A DNA stretch of 64,000 bases from Rhizaria sp. SCN 62-66 (lineage: Eukaryota), in assembly GCA_001724265.1 (NCBI GenBank), contig MEDY01000008.1:1-64000 (forward strand), given 5' to 3'. Each line of letters begins with the position of its first letter. Position 1 is the first letter of the stretch. A program made the position numbers and the translations under genes. The notes below the pieces were generated by a model. That model was not told where the DNA came from, did not search any database, and saw nothing but the letters and a program-made list of their open reading frames with translations. Shown in pieces: positions 48,593 through 60,773 of this stretch.

Positions 48593-49932
48593 GCGAGCGA
48601 GATGCATTGCGCGATTGCTGTCCGAACATACTTTTTGTTTTCTTCATTCTCTAGCTTGGTTTGATTTGGTGTTGTTTTGTCTTGTTGTCGATACTGTCGA
48701 CATTTTTCCTTGCGTACTTTCGTTTGTGATTGTTTTCATCTTTTCAATAGGTTTGATTAGGCTTGCTTGACTGCGATTCGCTCCAATGTGTTATTTAGAA
48801 CAAACACTGCATCACCACTACCAAGTTTGTGCTTTTGGTCGCACAACACCTGATGCAATGTATTGTTTGTTACAACTGAACAAGGATTTAGCATTAGCAC
48901 TGTCACGAGTCAAAAGTATCACTTCACAACAGATCACGTGCCATTGCAAATTTACAAACCTTTTATTTTCTGTGATTGTTTGAGCTCAACAAACACACAC
49001 CTGTTTCTTTCTATGCGTTTCACTGTTTTCTTTCGTGCCAATTCAATCAATTGAAGCACATGTACTTGAAAAGGCTGATAGAGTTATTTATGTTTTGTCA
49101 CTTTATCACTCATGTAACAGTGCAAATTGCCGTCAGCAGTTTTGTCACGACTACTAGTTTGAACTATTAGTAGAGCATTGCAACAACGACTTCCACTTGC
49201 ATCATTTTTCGCCATTCCTTTTTTTTTTTTTTTTTAAGATCTATGTTGTAAGATCTATGTCGTTTGTTTCCTGTTTCTTTTTGCTATTTTCTTCTGTGTT
49301 TTAAACTCCTTTGACTCAACAACTCTTGCGTATCCTTTCAATACCACAAACAAGCGCTATACGTGATGTGTTCATCATATCTTGGTGTATGTCCAATGTT
49401 TTCTGGTTAAGCCACAGTTTCAACTGTTACCTCGTCACGTTGTCGTGACACTATCGCTACCTACACCTCGCGATCGCATACCTCAGTTTCCGTGCATGCC
49501 CTTCGTTCCTCGCTTCATTCTCGAACTCAAACATCTAAAAGCTACAACATGCACACTATTTTCGTTTTCATATTTTTTCGATTTTTTTCTTTGATTTATT
49601 TCTCTCTTGTCTTAAACATTTTCTTCCCCAAACAAGACACGTTGCATTTCCGTTTCCACACGCGCACAGTTGCATGTGGCGACACAAGTATTTCCCAGAA
49701 TACATTTTTATACCTGGAAGTAACATTGAGATAAAGGGACCCCAGATGTACCCCTTTTTTTATGAACATGTTTTTTAAGCGCATTGTTGTTGAGTGTTTG
49801 CACACATACATGTACTGTACATGTATATGTCTATAACTGCAACACATGAGTGTCACTTGAAAAAAAGAGCTAAATAACAGTTGATTGTGCCGACATAGAT
49901 GATGACATCAAATTTCCAGTCACTTCTTTGCT

Positions 49933-52900
49933 TCATGCTGGCATTGTGTCATCATACGGGGAAGGCTGCCCGTCAAGGTCCAGCTCGCCGGCCACCATCC
50001 TGGTCACGGGGTACACAAGTCCACCAACAGACACCTTCTCCTTACGCCACCCACTCAGCTCCACGGCAGCCGCACGCGCACGCTCATGCGCCTCCACCCG
50101 CCGCTGCTGCTCGCCCCATAGCCGCGCACGTTCGCTGCCAGGCTGCCAACGCACGCGACCTGACACAGCGGCGGCCCCGTCGTCCTCGTCCGACAACACT
50201 GACGCCATCTTGGTGCGCCGCGGCGACCCGCCCTTGACGGCGGCCGCGGCATGTGCCTCCGCCTTGCGCTCCGCGGCGGACCTGCGCTGGCGGTCGATGT
50301 CGGCCCGCTGCGCCTGGTGCAGCAGCTGCATTGCACGCGCCGCGTCCGCGCCCGCCTCGGTCTCGGCCACAGCCCCGCCCGCAGGCGCACCGGCGACCGC
50401 CGCGGCCGCCGCAGCCGCGGCCACAGCGGCGGGCGGAGCGCGGGCGAACACCTCGGACGTCGTGCCGACCGTGCTGTAGGGCCCCGCGGCCAGAGCAGCG
50501 GCGCCCTGAACGGGGCCGCGGTCGACGATGCCCGCGGCAGCAGTGCCCACTGACACTGCGCGTGCACGGGGGCGTCGCGCCGCGTCCGCCGCGGCCACAG
50601 AGTAGAAGCCGGGGCCCGGCGTGTCGGGCAGAGCGGGGGCGAGAGTGCCTGCGAGCGTGGCCGTCGTGAGCAGGGGTCGGTTGAGCCCGTCGCCAGTCGT
50701 CACAGTGACGCCCATCGAGTAGTGCAAATTGCTGCTGGGGCCGAACGCGCCGTCACTGCCGCCCGCGCCACCGCCCAGTCCGCCGCCGCCGCGCTCTCCG
50801 GCGCCACGCGCGTGCGCCGACGGCCGCGACACGCAGTTGCCAGACTCGCCGGCGCGCGGGATCACCCCGCCCAGCCCGCGGCCCGCCGCTGCGGCCGCCG
50901 TGGCGCTGGCGTGCGCGCCCACGCCCGCGCTGTCGCGGCCGTAGGGGTCGTAGCTGCCAGGCCCGAGCTGCGCGGCTGAGAGCTCGTCGCGGCGCGAGCG
51001 CGGCATCGACGTCGTCGCCATCGCGGCCGAGTCGGCCCACGCGCGCGAGCCGCGGCCCGCCGTGGGGCCCGACGCCGCCATGTCCACGAGACACACAGAA
51101 CGCACCGGCGGCGCTGGTGCAAGCGAGAAGGCCTCGGGCGCGAACACGGTCGCCAGGGACGGCAACGTCGGCGCGTACGAGCCCGGTCCGCGCGCGGTGT
51201 CGACCTGCCGCTGCACCACGTGCGCCATCGTCATCACGCCGGCCGACACGCCGGGCCCGCCGCTGGAGCGCAGCGAGTGGTGCGTGGCCGAGCTCGCGGT
51301 GAGGCTACCGGCGCCGCCCATTGCCACGCGCGCGCCCGCCGTGACCGAGGCCGGCGTGGGGAGAACGCCGAGCATCGTGAAGCGCGACCGGGCGCGCGCG
51401 CGGGTCAGCGCCGACGACTGCCAACCCACCATCGCCGCAGTTGCGGTCGCCTGCACCTGCGCCTGCGCCTGAGCCTGGGACTGCGTCTGGCTCTGCGACG
51501 ATGCGAGCGCGCCACTGAGCAGCGCGCTGGACGATGACAGCGAGGCTGACGCAGTGGCCGCGCGGGGCACGCCGGAGCTGTTGTCTGCGCCTGCGCCTGC
51601 GCCGGTGCGCCGAGGACTCGCGCTGCCGGCGCGTGCGCGGGAACGGGAACGGGAGCGTGAACGTGAGCGTGGCCTGCTGTCGGCGGGCGAGCTTGCATCC
51701 GCAGCGGTCGAGGCGCTGCTGGGATCGTGCGATGCCGTTGGTTGGCTCACCTGCGGCGGCAACACCTGCGGCATCGACATTGGAGGCGGCAGTGGACACG
51801 CAAAAGCAATGCCCGTGCCGGTGCGTGGGCGCTGCCACCGCAGCACGCCGAGCGGGCGCGTGCCGCTGGATCCCGAGTACGCGGCAATCCCGTGCATCTG
51901 CTGCTGCGGCCGCTCCTGCTGCTGCAGCTGCTGCTGCGCGGCCGACGTCGCCATGCCGCGGCCCAGCGCGGCAAACGACTGCGATGTTACGTCGCCCGCG
52001 CGCTCGAGGAAGTGGTCGTGCGCGCCCGCCATGGCCGCGAAACGCTCTGCAACGGGAAACGACACGCCGGGCCGCGACGACGCCGCGGCGGCCACGGCGC
52101 TCACCGACACGCCCGCGTCAGCGCCGCCTGCAGACGGGGATGACAGCGGCAGCGTCGACCGCAGCGGCAGCCTCCCTTGCAGCACAACGCCCGCGTGCGC
52201 GCCGCCGCCTTCGCTGCTGCCGTGCTGCGCGTGCGCCTGCGCGTGCGCCTGCGGCTGCGCGAGCCCCGCCATGCCGCTCTCGGCGGAGGCTGCGACGGCG
52301 GCGCGCGCGCGCTCGCGCTCTGCCCTCTGCGCGACGCCCGCGCTGCTGCCGGCGATCTGCGCGTAATGCTACGCGGCCAGCGTCAGCTGCAGCTTCGCGC
52401 CCAGCGCCGAGAAGGCCACAGCGCGTGCGCGTGCCAGCGCCGGCGCGGCGGCACGGCACAGCGCGGCGTCAGCGCGCGCGAACCCCAGCCCGCCGCCGTC
52501 GTCCAGGTCCATGCCCGCGCCGGCGCCGGCGCCGTTGGTGGCCGCGGGGAAGAGCGCCGACGACGCCGATGACACAGCAGCGGACGCGGCCAGCGCGGCC
52601 ATCGCGGGGGTCCGATCCGCGAGCCCCTCGGCGGCCGCGGCGGAGCCGTGCGGCGCGTGCTCGTGCGTGTGCGAGCGGTTGCGCCGGCGGCAGTGGCCGC
52701 AGCGGTCGACCTGCGCCGCGCCGCCCGCGCCCTCAGTACCAGTCTCGGCCCGCGCCTCGGCCTCGATAGCAGCCGCGGTGGCCGCCGCGCTCAGGGGCGG
52801 CTGCGGCGCCGGCGCCACGCAGCCGTCCGCGGCCGCGACAATGCCCTCGCGCTGGCGCCGCAGCTGCCGGCGCACGCGGCGGCGCTCGGCGCGGTCGCGT

Positions 52901-53436
52901 GATGCCTGCTCGTCGTCGGCGGCTTCGGCGGCGGCCGCGGCTGCGGCGACCGCGGCGGCTGCTGCAGCGCTCGCGGCCGCGGCGTCGGAGCTGGGATCGG
53001 CGGCGGCAGCTGCTGCGGCCGCGGCGGCCTCATTCTCCGCGTCGATGCGGTCGCGGCGGCGGCGGTGGCGACGGCGGCGCGCGGCGGCAGCTTCTTTCTC
53101 TTCCTTGGCGATTGCGGCAGCAGTTGTGGCCGACATCAGCACGCCCATTGCGGACTGCTGGCGCTGCTGCAGCGCGCGCTGCTGCTCCTGATGGTGGACC
53201 TGCGTCGAAGTAACAAGTGCGGCCGCAGCGGCGGCGTCAGCCTCGGCCACGGCACGCTGCAGCAGCACTGCGTTGTTGGGGAAACCGGAAAGAAACCGGT
53301 TCGTGGCAATGGCTGCGCGACGGGCACCCTCTTCTTCCTCGGAGAAGATGGCCGGGGGCGGCGGAGGTGGTGCCCGGCCGCGTGGTAAGTATGACACCGA
53401 GCGCCAGTCGACGCTCGGCGTTTTAAGGCCCAACAT
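49933..53436 (-). CDS. Ala-rich protein with PGP (STPG/SHIPPO-like) repeats (~1167 aa); in-frame TAG at 52369-52371
   Basis: ORFs 52369-53436 and 49933-52272 share a frame across one TAG. Motifs GPGSYAP, GPGSYDP and TPGPGFY. Ends in TGA. Confidence 0.65.
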
Positions 53437-53919
53437 GAGCGGTCAGTGACGTGTTGAGCGCCTCGGCGACAGTAGGTGGGTTGTCAGTCCTTTGCGACTG
53501 ATTTAGAAGTTGGTTATCGAGGCCTATACACAAGTTGAGACGATATAATTACGGATTTACATGAGATATAATTGGGAAAATTGGGGAAAACTACTTGCAC
53601 TGCTAGTTTACGATAATGTTAGTTGGATTTCACAGAAACGGATGGATATGGCGCTTCGTCGAGAAGTTTCGATGCTGAGTTTGGACCGCGGGTTGTTCAA
53701 ACTAGTCCGACTTTAAGTCGCTGAGTCAACATGGTCTTTCCGTTACAGTTTTTGCTGTTGTAGTATGTTTTTTAAGAACTAATATCTCACATTATATTTC
53801 AATTCAACTTTCTATGAAGCTTAGTGGCGTGTATATCGAGCACTGATTCTACAGACTCCCACCAATCACCAACTTCGACGAACACTCCTGCTATTGACAC
53901 CGCGCCCAGCGCGTCTCTG

Positions 53920-56900
53920 ATGTCCAGTCTTCCCGGCGCTGGCGGGGGCGACACCCCCATTGGGCATATTGTTGGTCCGCCGACGGCACCGCGCTCTCCG
54001 CCCTTGTACGTCCGTACAACGGACACCGACTCTGCCTCCACTCCCGCCGTCGCCGCTGTCACCTCCACTGCCCCTGCATCTGGACAGGCCCCGTCCTCTT
54101 TCATTCTCCCGGACCCCGGCGTGCTCTCCGCGCGCGTTGCGGCCTCGCTTGAAGGCAACCCGTTTGCGGTGTCCGGCCTCGTATTTCCCGGCTCGCGCCT
54201 CGGCTCCGCCTCCGCGGCCGGCCTCCCCGCAACCGGCCTCTCTGCGACAACCGCGACAGCGACTGGCGCTATGCATGGTACGGTGCGCTTCCCCCTCGGC
54301 GCGGCCCCCTTGCGGCAGAAGCAATTTGCGTTCGACGCCGCCGCCGACGCCGCCGCGCTGAGCGGCAGCGGGGCCAGCTTCGACGCCGCCACAGCAGCCT
54401 CAGCCGCCGCTCATGCCTCGCCAGTGTCATCTTCAGCAGCAGCGCTACAGCAACCCCCCGCGGCCGCCGGCGCCCCGCCCGTGCGCGTGGTGGTGCGGAC
54501 CGCTGACCGCGCGTCCTCGGCCGTTGCACGCGCTAAGGCAAAGGCGCTGCTGCACAAGCTCGAGAGCGCGCACGCTGCCTCGCGCGCGCCAGCCAAAGGC
54601 AACGGCATCGGCACTACAGGCGCTGACTCGCGCGCAAGCGGTCGTGGTGACGCCACTGACGCTGCTGGCGGCGGTATGGAGGCGCTCGCTATCGGCCCCA
54701 GCGCGACGCCTACAGCCACGGTCTCCGCAGCGGCCGCGGGGAGCGCTCTCGCGACGCAGGCCTTTCCGTCGCGGCCTCTGCGCGCGCACGCACACGCACA
54801 GGCGCATGCTGCTGCGGGCGGAGACGCCGGTGCGCCGGGCTCCAGCGGCACGAGCGCGACTGCTGTGCGGCGCCGCGCCCTCGCCGCCCACGCATCCCCC
54901 GCGCCCAACAGCAGCGTAATGAAGAGCTTGGGCATCAACGCGCGCGGCTCCGGCCTTCGCGCGCAGTCGGGCCACTCACTGTCGGCTACGCACCTGCTGC
55001 CGCCCTCGCCGCCCGCGCAGCCGCAGTCGCCAGTGAGCGTCAACGGGCGCCTCAGCGGCGGGTGGAGCGGCCGCCGCGACTCCTCGGCCCGGCCCCCGTC
55101 CCCAGGCACCATTAACGACGACTGGGACGGCGACGGCAGCGGTGGCGGCGATGGCGGCAAGGCGGCGAGCGCGGCGACGCCTGTGGCGTACCGCCGCCGC
55201 GGTCGCCGGCCCTCGGCCACTGCCGACCCCGCCGCCGCCGCCGCTGCCGCCGCTGCTGGCGCTGGCGCTGACGGCGGCGGCGGCGGCGGCGGCGTGCTGG
55301 CGGCGTCGCACAGCGCGACGTCGCTGGCGGACCTGCTGCGGGCCGCCGCCACGCCACTGCGCGCGCCGCTGGCCAGCACTAACATTAGCACCACCGTTCC
55401 CGCCTCCGCCGCTGCGGCCGCGGCGGCGAATCCGCTCGCGCGCGCCGGACCCGGCGGGGCGACTGTGGGCGCGTCGCGGGTGTACTTACAGAAGCGGCAG
55501 GAGCTCATGCGGGAGCGTGCGCGCGCGCTTGGGCTAAGTTTCGACGGCGACGACGACGATGACGACGACGGGGGCGACAGTGAGGGCAAGCACGGCGGCG
55601 GCAGCGGCGGCGGCAGCGGCGGCGGCAACGGCGGCGTGCTGGTTCGCGTCAAAACGCGCTCCGCCGTTGCCGCAGCGGCTGCGCGCGCCAACGCCGCCCC
55701 CCTGCACACCGCCGCGCCGACAGCGGCGACTGCGGGTGCGGGCGGACGCCCGCCAGTTTCCGGCGGCAGCGCGGCCGCGAGCGGCGCCGCTGCGGGGAGC
55801 GTGCGCCGGATCGCCACTGCGCGCCAACAGGTGCCACAGCGTCGCGATGATGGGGACTCGAGCGCCGACCCCGGGCTCGCCATCGTGGGCTCCGGCCCCT
55901 CTGGCGGCCACAACAGCAACAGCAACAGCGCCGCCGGCACTCGCGACGACCGCGGGCGCGGGTATCCTGCGTACCAGAGCCGTGGCCACGCTGGCAGCAC
56001 GGGCCGCGGCCGCGGCGACGACGGCGAGGACGAGCTGCCCCACGGCGGCGACGACCACGGCGGGAGCGGCGCGTTCGGCCCCTGCGGCGGCGGCGAGAGC
56101 AAAGACGAGATGCGCCGGTTCGCGGAGTCGCTGCTGTTTGGCGACCTCCCGCTCGGCAGCAGTCCCGCGCCCGCGCCCGCGCCTGTGCGCCCCAGGCCCG
56201 GCGCCGCTGTCGCCGCTACCGAGAGCAATAACCGCGTGATTCAGCGCCACACGTTCGACTACGACGACGACGACGACGGCGGCGAGCGCGCGTACTTCCC
56301 GTCGCCCCGCTCTCCCGGCAAGACTGCGCAAAGCCCACAACAACATCAACAGCACAGTCAGTACGGGCAGCTGCACCGCCAGGCGTCGCAGCGTAGCGCC
56401 GCTGGCCGTGGCAGTATCAGTGGCAGTGGCAGCGGCAGTGGCGGCGCCGGCATCGCGCCTGTGACCGCGACGATCACGTCGGGCTTCACCGGCCGCGTCA
56501 CCACTGCGCGCCGCCACGCCGCTCCTGCAGCGACGTCCAACAGTGCCAACGCTTCCCACTCTGGCAACGCTGCTCCTGGCGCTGGCACTGGCGCCGGAGC
56601 AGGCTTCGACGCCGCGGGCTCAGCGCTGGGCCTCTCCGGACTCATGCGTGTCGCGTCAGCGTCTGCGCGCCCCAACCGCGCTGGCACTGGCGCCGGCGCC
56701 GGCACTGCTGCTGCCGCCGGTGGTGCTTCTGTGGGCGGCAACACTGGTACCCCTGGGCGCGTTGGCGCTGGGTGGGCGCCGAGCGACGCGTTTGCCGCCT
56801 TGTCGCGCAAAGTGCGCGCGTCTGCTGCGATGCAGGCGACCGGCGAGGCGTCCGGCGCTGCGAGCGGCGCCGCGGGCATTGCTGGCGCGGATGAGAGCGC

Positions 56901-59900
56901 TGCCGAACGCATGGCGCGCAACGAAGCGAGGTTGCGGGCGCTGGCCCAGATGCCTGCGCGCAACACGACTGGCCGTTCCACCGGTCATCAAGCGCACCCT
57001 GACAATGGCGATGTTTCCAGCCCGAAGAACGTTGAGTCTGGCCAGGATAGCGCCAGCGGTGACGGTGCGCAGGGTGTCCTCGAGCATGAGCGCAACGACA
57101 TGCTTGAACACAGTCTCGACGGCGGCCTGGGCCTTGACCCCGAGTCCGAGCATGATGAGCAGCCTGTGCATGCCAATGACAAACAAGATATTGTTGCGTC
57201 TGCGATGGAACTCGAGGCTGCTTCCACTGCTGATGTCGCGATCAACACACGCACTCAGCCCGGGTCTGATGGCCGTCAACAGAGTGGCTCTGCTCAGGAC
57301 GATGATCGCGAGCTCGATATGTCAGCTCTCGCGTCTGAGCTCAACTTCACAGTGCACAACGCGACCGCGACACAGCTTTCGCCCATGCACGAGCAAAGCG
57401 ATGATAGCAACGATCACAAGAACAACAGCAATATTACTAACAAGAGCAACACGAGCATGAACCTTGTTTATCCTAAGAACGATGACGCTGTCGATGATGG
57501 TACCGACATGGCCACACCGAAGCCAAATCTTACCCCGGCTCCGCGGCCTGAGCCTTCGCCGACCGCAGCTGCCCGTCGCTACCACGGTGACCGCGACGAC
57601 GGTGGGGATGACGGCGACGACCGCGCCGAGCTGTCGTTTTCCGAGAGCCCGCTTGCGCACTCCGCTTTGCCGAATGCGCACACCCAGGCGAAGAAGTCCA
57701 CCCCGGCGTCTCCCGCGTCCGCTTCTACCGCAGCAGCTGCTCGCCGTGGTGGCGGCCACGCGACCCCTGCGCCTGCGACAGCATCCGGCGAACCGCGCCC
57801 CGCCGGCCGCTCGCGCACCCCTGCGACTCGCGTCCCTCGCGCTGATCCCACTGCGACCGCAGCCGCGCTAAACGAAGGCTCGCACTCGCCGTCCCGCGCT
57901 GCCGGCCTCGCGCGCCCCGCCTCCTGGACTCGCACTCCGGCACCTGCAGCTGATGGCGCTCCCGCATCCACCTCAGCGGCTGCTGCCGCTACCGCCGCTG
58001 CTGCTGCTGCTGCGGCAGCGGCGGCCCTGGCTGCGACCGGCAACGGCCGTGAACAGCGCCGGTCCGCCGCCGCGGCGCTGGTGGCGCGCTTGCGCCGCGA
58101 CCAGAACCAGCAGCTGCACCAGCAGGAGCAAGCTGCGGCCGCCGAAACCGCGGCCGCGGCGGAGGCCCAGGCCAAAGCCAAGGCGGAGGCTGCGGAGGCC
58201 GTCGTGGACCTGAGCCCCGCGTCGCTGCTCTCGTCGAAGTACCTTCCCCAAGACCCCCCGACCGCGCCGCCGACGACGGCAACGCCGCATCAGCAGGCCA
58301 AGGGCCAGACCAGGCCGCGCACCGACACCCGCGCCCCGCCCGCGTCTGCAGGAGCAACTGCCCCCCAGCAGCTGCAGCGCCGTGGCCCGCGCAGACCGTC
58401 CATCAACCCCGCATCCGCCCACGCACAGCACAACACGAGCGCTGTCAACACCACAGCGAACGCTGCCGACGACAAGCCCGAGCGAGAGTAGCCACAAGAG
58501 CGTCCAGAGGATGAGGACGACCCCGAGGTTCTCGCCGCCGCGCTGCACGTGGCGGCCCTGCACCGGCAGCGCTCGCTGCTGCTGTTCCATGGCTGGCGCC
58601 CGTGGCAGCGCCTGATCGAGGCCCGCCGCGCCTCGGCCGCGCGCGCTGTGGCCCACGCCGCCGCGGTGACCCTCCCGCGCCGCCGCGCCGCCGCCTTTGC
58701 GCAGTGGCGCGCCGCGGCCGCGCAGTCTGCGGCCGAGGGGCGCGAGTTTGACTCCGCGGCCGCCGCGCTGGCCTCGGCCGCCGCCGCCCGCGGCGCGCTG
58801 CAGCGCGGCGTTGCGGCGCTCAAGGCACATCTGACTGAGATGAAGGCGGCGCGCGCTAAGGCTGACGCGTTGTGGGCGCGGAACACCAAGGGCCGCGTAC
58901 TGGGCGAGTGGTGGCTCGCGGCGCGCGCGCGCGGCGAGGCCGTGGTCGCCAAGATCGAGAGCGTGCGGCCGCGCGCGGAGGCCATGGCCAAGGCGGGCGC
59001 GGCCAGGCGGGCGTGGGCGCGACTCAAGGCGGGCGTTGCGGCGGCCAAGGCCGAGCGCGCGCGCGAGCAGGAGCGCGAGCGGATGCGGCAGCGGGCCGCG
59101 GAGGTGCTGCGCGAACTCAACGGCGCCGGCGACGGTGACGGCGCTGCTGCTGGCAAGGCGAGCAGCAACAGCAGCGTCGGCGCGCTGTGGGCGAGGGCGC
59201 GTGCGAGCGCGGGGGACTATCTTAGCACGGCCGCTCTTGATGCTGACGAAGACAGCACTGCCGGACGCATTGTGTTCACGCTCGACTCAGCGCTCACCGC
59301 TGCCGGTAGCGCGAGTGCCGGGGGTCACGGACAGCACGTGACTGCGACGGCGGCAGCGGCTGAGGCTGCCGCGGCTGATGGCATGGCTAGCCGGATTGCC
59401 GCGCTGGCAGAGGCCGCCGACCGCGAGTTCGACGCCATCGCGGCGCAAGTGATGGGAAAGCCCGCGGCATAGTCTCGCTTGAACGCTAATGTCAGCGGTA
59501 ACCCAGCGACAGCGTCCAAGAGCAGTGGTGCGACCTCGGCGACCAAGGATGACGGCAATGGAGCACGCAAAACGAAACCTGCTGCGACCGCTGGCAGGCG
59601 TGCTGTTGGCGGGGCTGCGACAACAAAACCCACCGCGGCTGAAGAGCAGCAGCAGCAGGAGCAGGCGCGTGCACACTTGAAGATGTCGCGCGGTCGCAAC
59701 GCCGCTGGGGCATCCAACTCGACTTCAACACGCGACTCAGCAGCGCTTTCGTCAGCATTTGCCACTGCTGATCTTGGACTCGCGCTTTCACAGCCTTTCG
59801 ACCTCTCAGGAGGTGTTGGCGGTGCGGCTCGAGACGCCCATGGAGCCGCTACAGAGGAGGTGGATGACGAAGGCGCAACGCGGGCTATGCAATCCGACAT

Positions 59901-60102
59901 CCGCGTCGCCAACGTCGGGCCCGCAAGCGAGTTTTACCTGATCGCCCCGCCACAGCCGCACGCTGCTGATTATCACTCATCTCAATTTGTTGGCGTGAGA
60001 GAGGACGCGAACGAGAGCGCGTACGGTGCGCCTTCTGGGTGGAGTGCCGCAGCTGAGGATGACATGCGCGCACCCGGCGGAAGGCAATTATACCGGCGTT
60101 AA
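53920..60102 (+). CDS. Large low-complexity protein (~2060 aa) with an Sfi1/CCDC191-like Trp-periodic helical segment; in-frame TAG at 58489 and 59470
   Basis: ORFs 53824, 58549 and 59479 share a frame and are separated only by TAG. Segment with LLLFHGWRPWQRL, AFAQWR, VLGEWW and RRAWARL. Ends in TAA. Start uncertain. Confidence 0.7.
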
Positions 60103-60773
60103 TCACTGATTACTGACTTGAATATACGTTATTTGTGACCTAGACTACGATACAAAGCTTTTATTACAATCACAAAGACATTACGACACATAATGACACA
60201 GAAAATGCGACAGATATGGCTGTATGACAATTAAAAATCTTTTGTGGTGGAGACGTTTTGACTAACTCACCACAAATCGAAATTGTGTCGAAAGCAACAT
60301 CAAGCCGAATTGCGTGAGGAGTTGTGAGAGCGGTAGATGTGCTAAGAGGCCATAAATATTCCTCCTCACTTAGAGTTTGAGCGCATAACACTGACCTAAT
60401 ATCAAAATTAAAGCGCGCGCATCTGCTATCGCACAATTTACCCCTCAATGTGAGGGCACGGTGTCGATGATGATGAGACCAGGGCTTCAAACCAAGGTGT
60501 CTATTGCCGCGAGGTCTCACGCTCTCATCTGTCGTTGAATAGACTCATGACCGGTGCATGCTCTGGAAGGACTTATGTTTTATTCCAACTCCTATTGGAG
60601 GTCGATTTTGTCGACGGGTTCACGTGTTAAGCTCACCTGTTCTTCGACCTGCATCCTTCCTGCTGTGACAGACTTCTAGCTCCACCTTCCCCGCGCGTGC
60701 GAGATCAAGCTCGAACCAACCGAAACATTCCACACCAAGCCGCGCCGGAGTTTCTCCTGACCACGCTTCTGTG

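Noticed and set aside
49218-49263. Poly-T run and short AAGATCTATGT duplication as a retroelement end
   Set aside because: No element body or coding remnant is evident; treated as simple sequence.
4503-60102. TAG-interrupted genes as pseudogenes or sequencing errors
   Set aside because: All 15 lesions would be TAG with no TAA, TGA or frameshift, across six genes with intact splice sites. CAA-to-TAA and CGA/TGG-to-TGA changes would be expected too.
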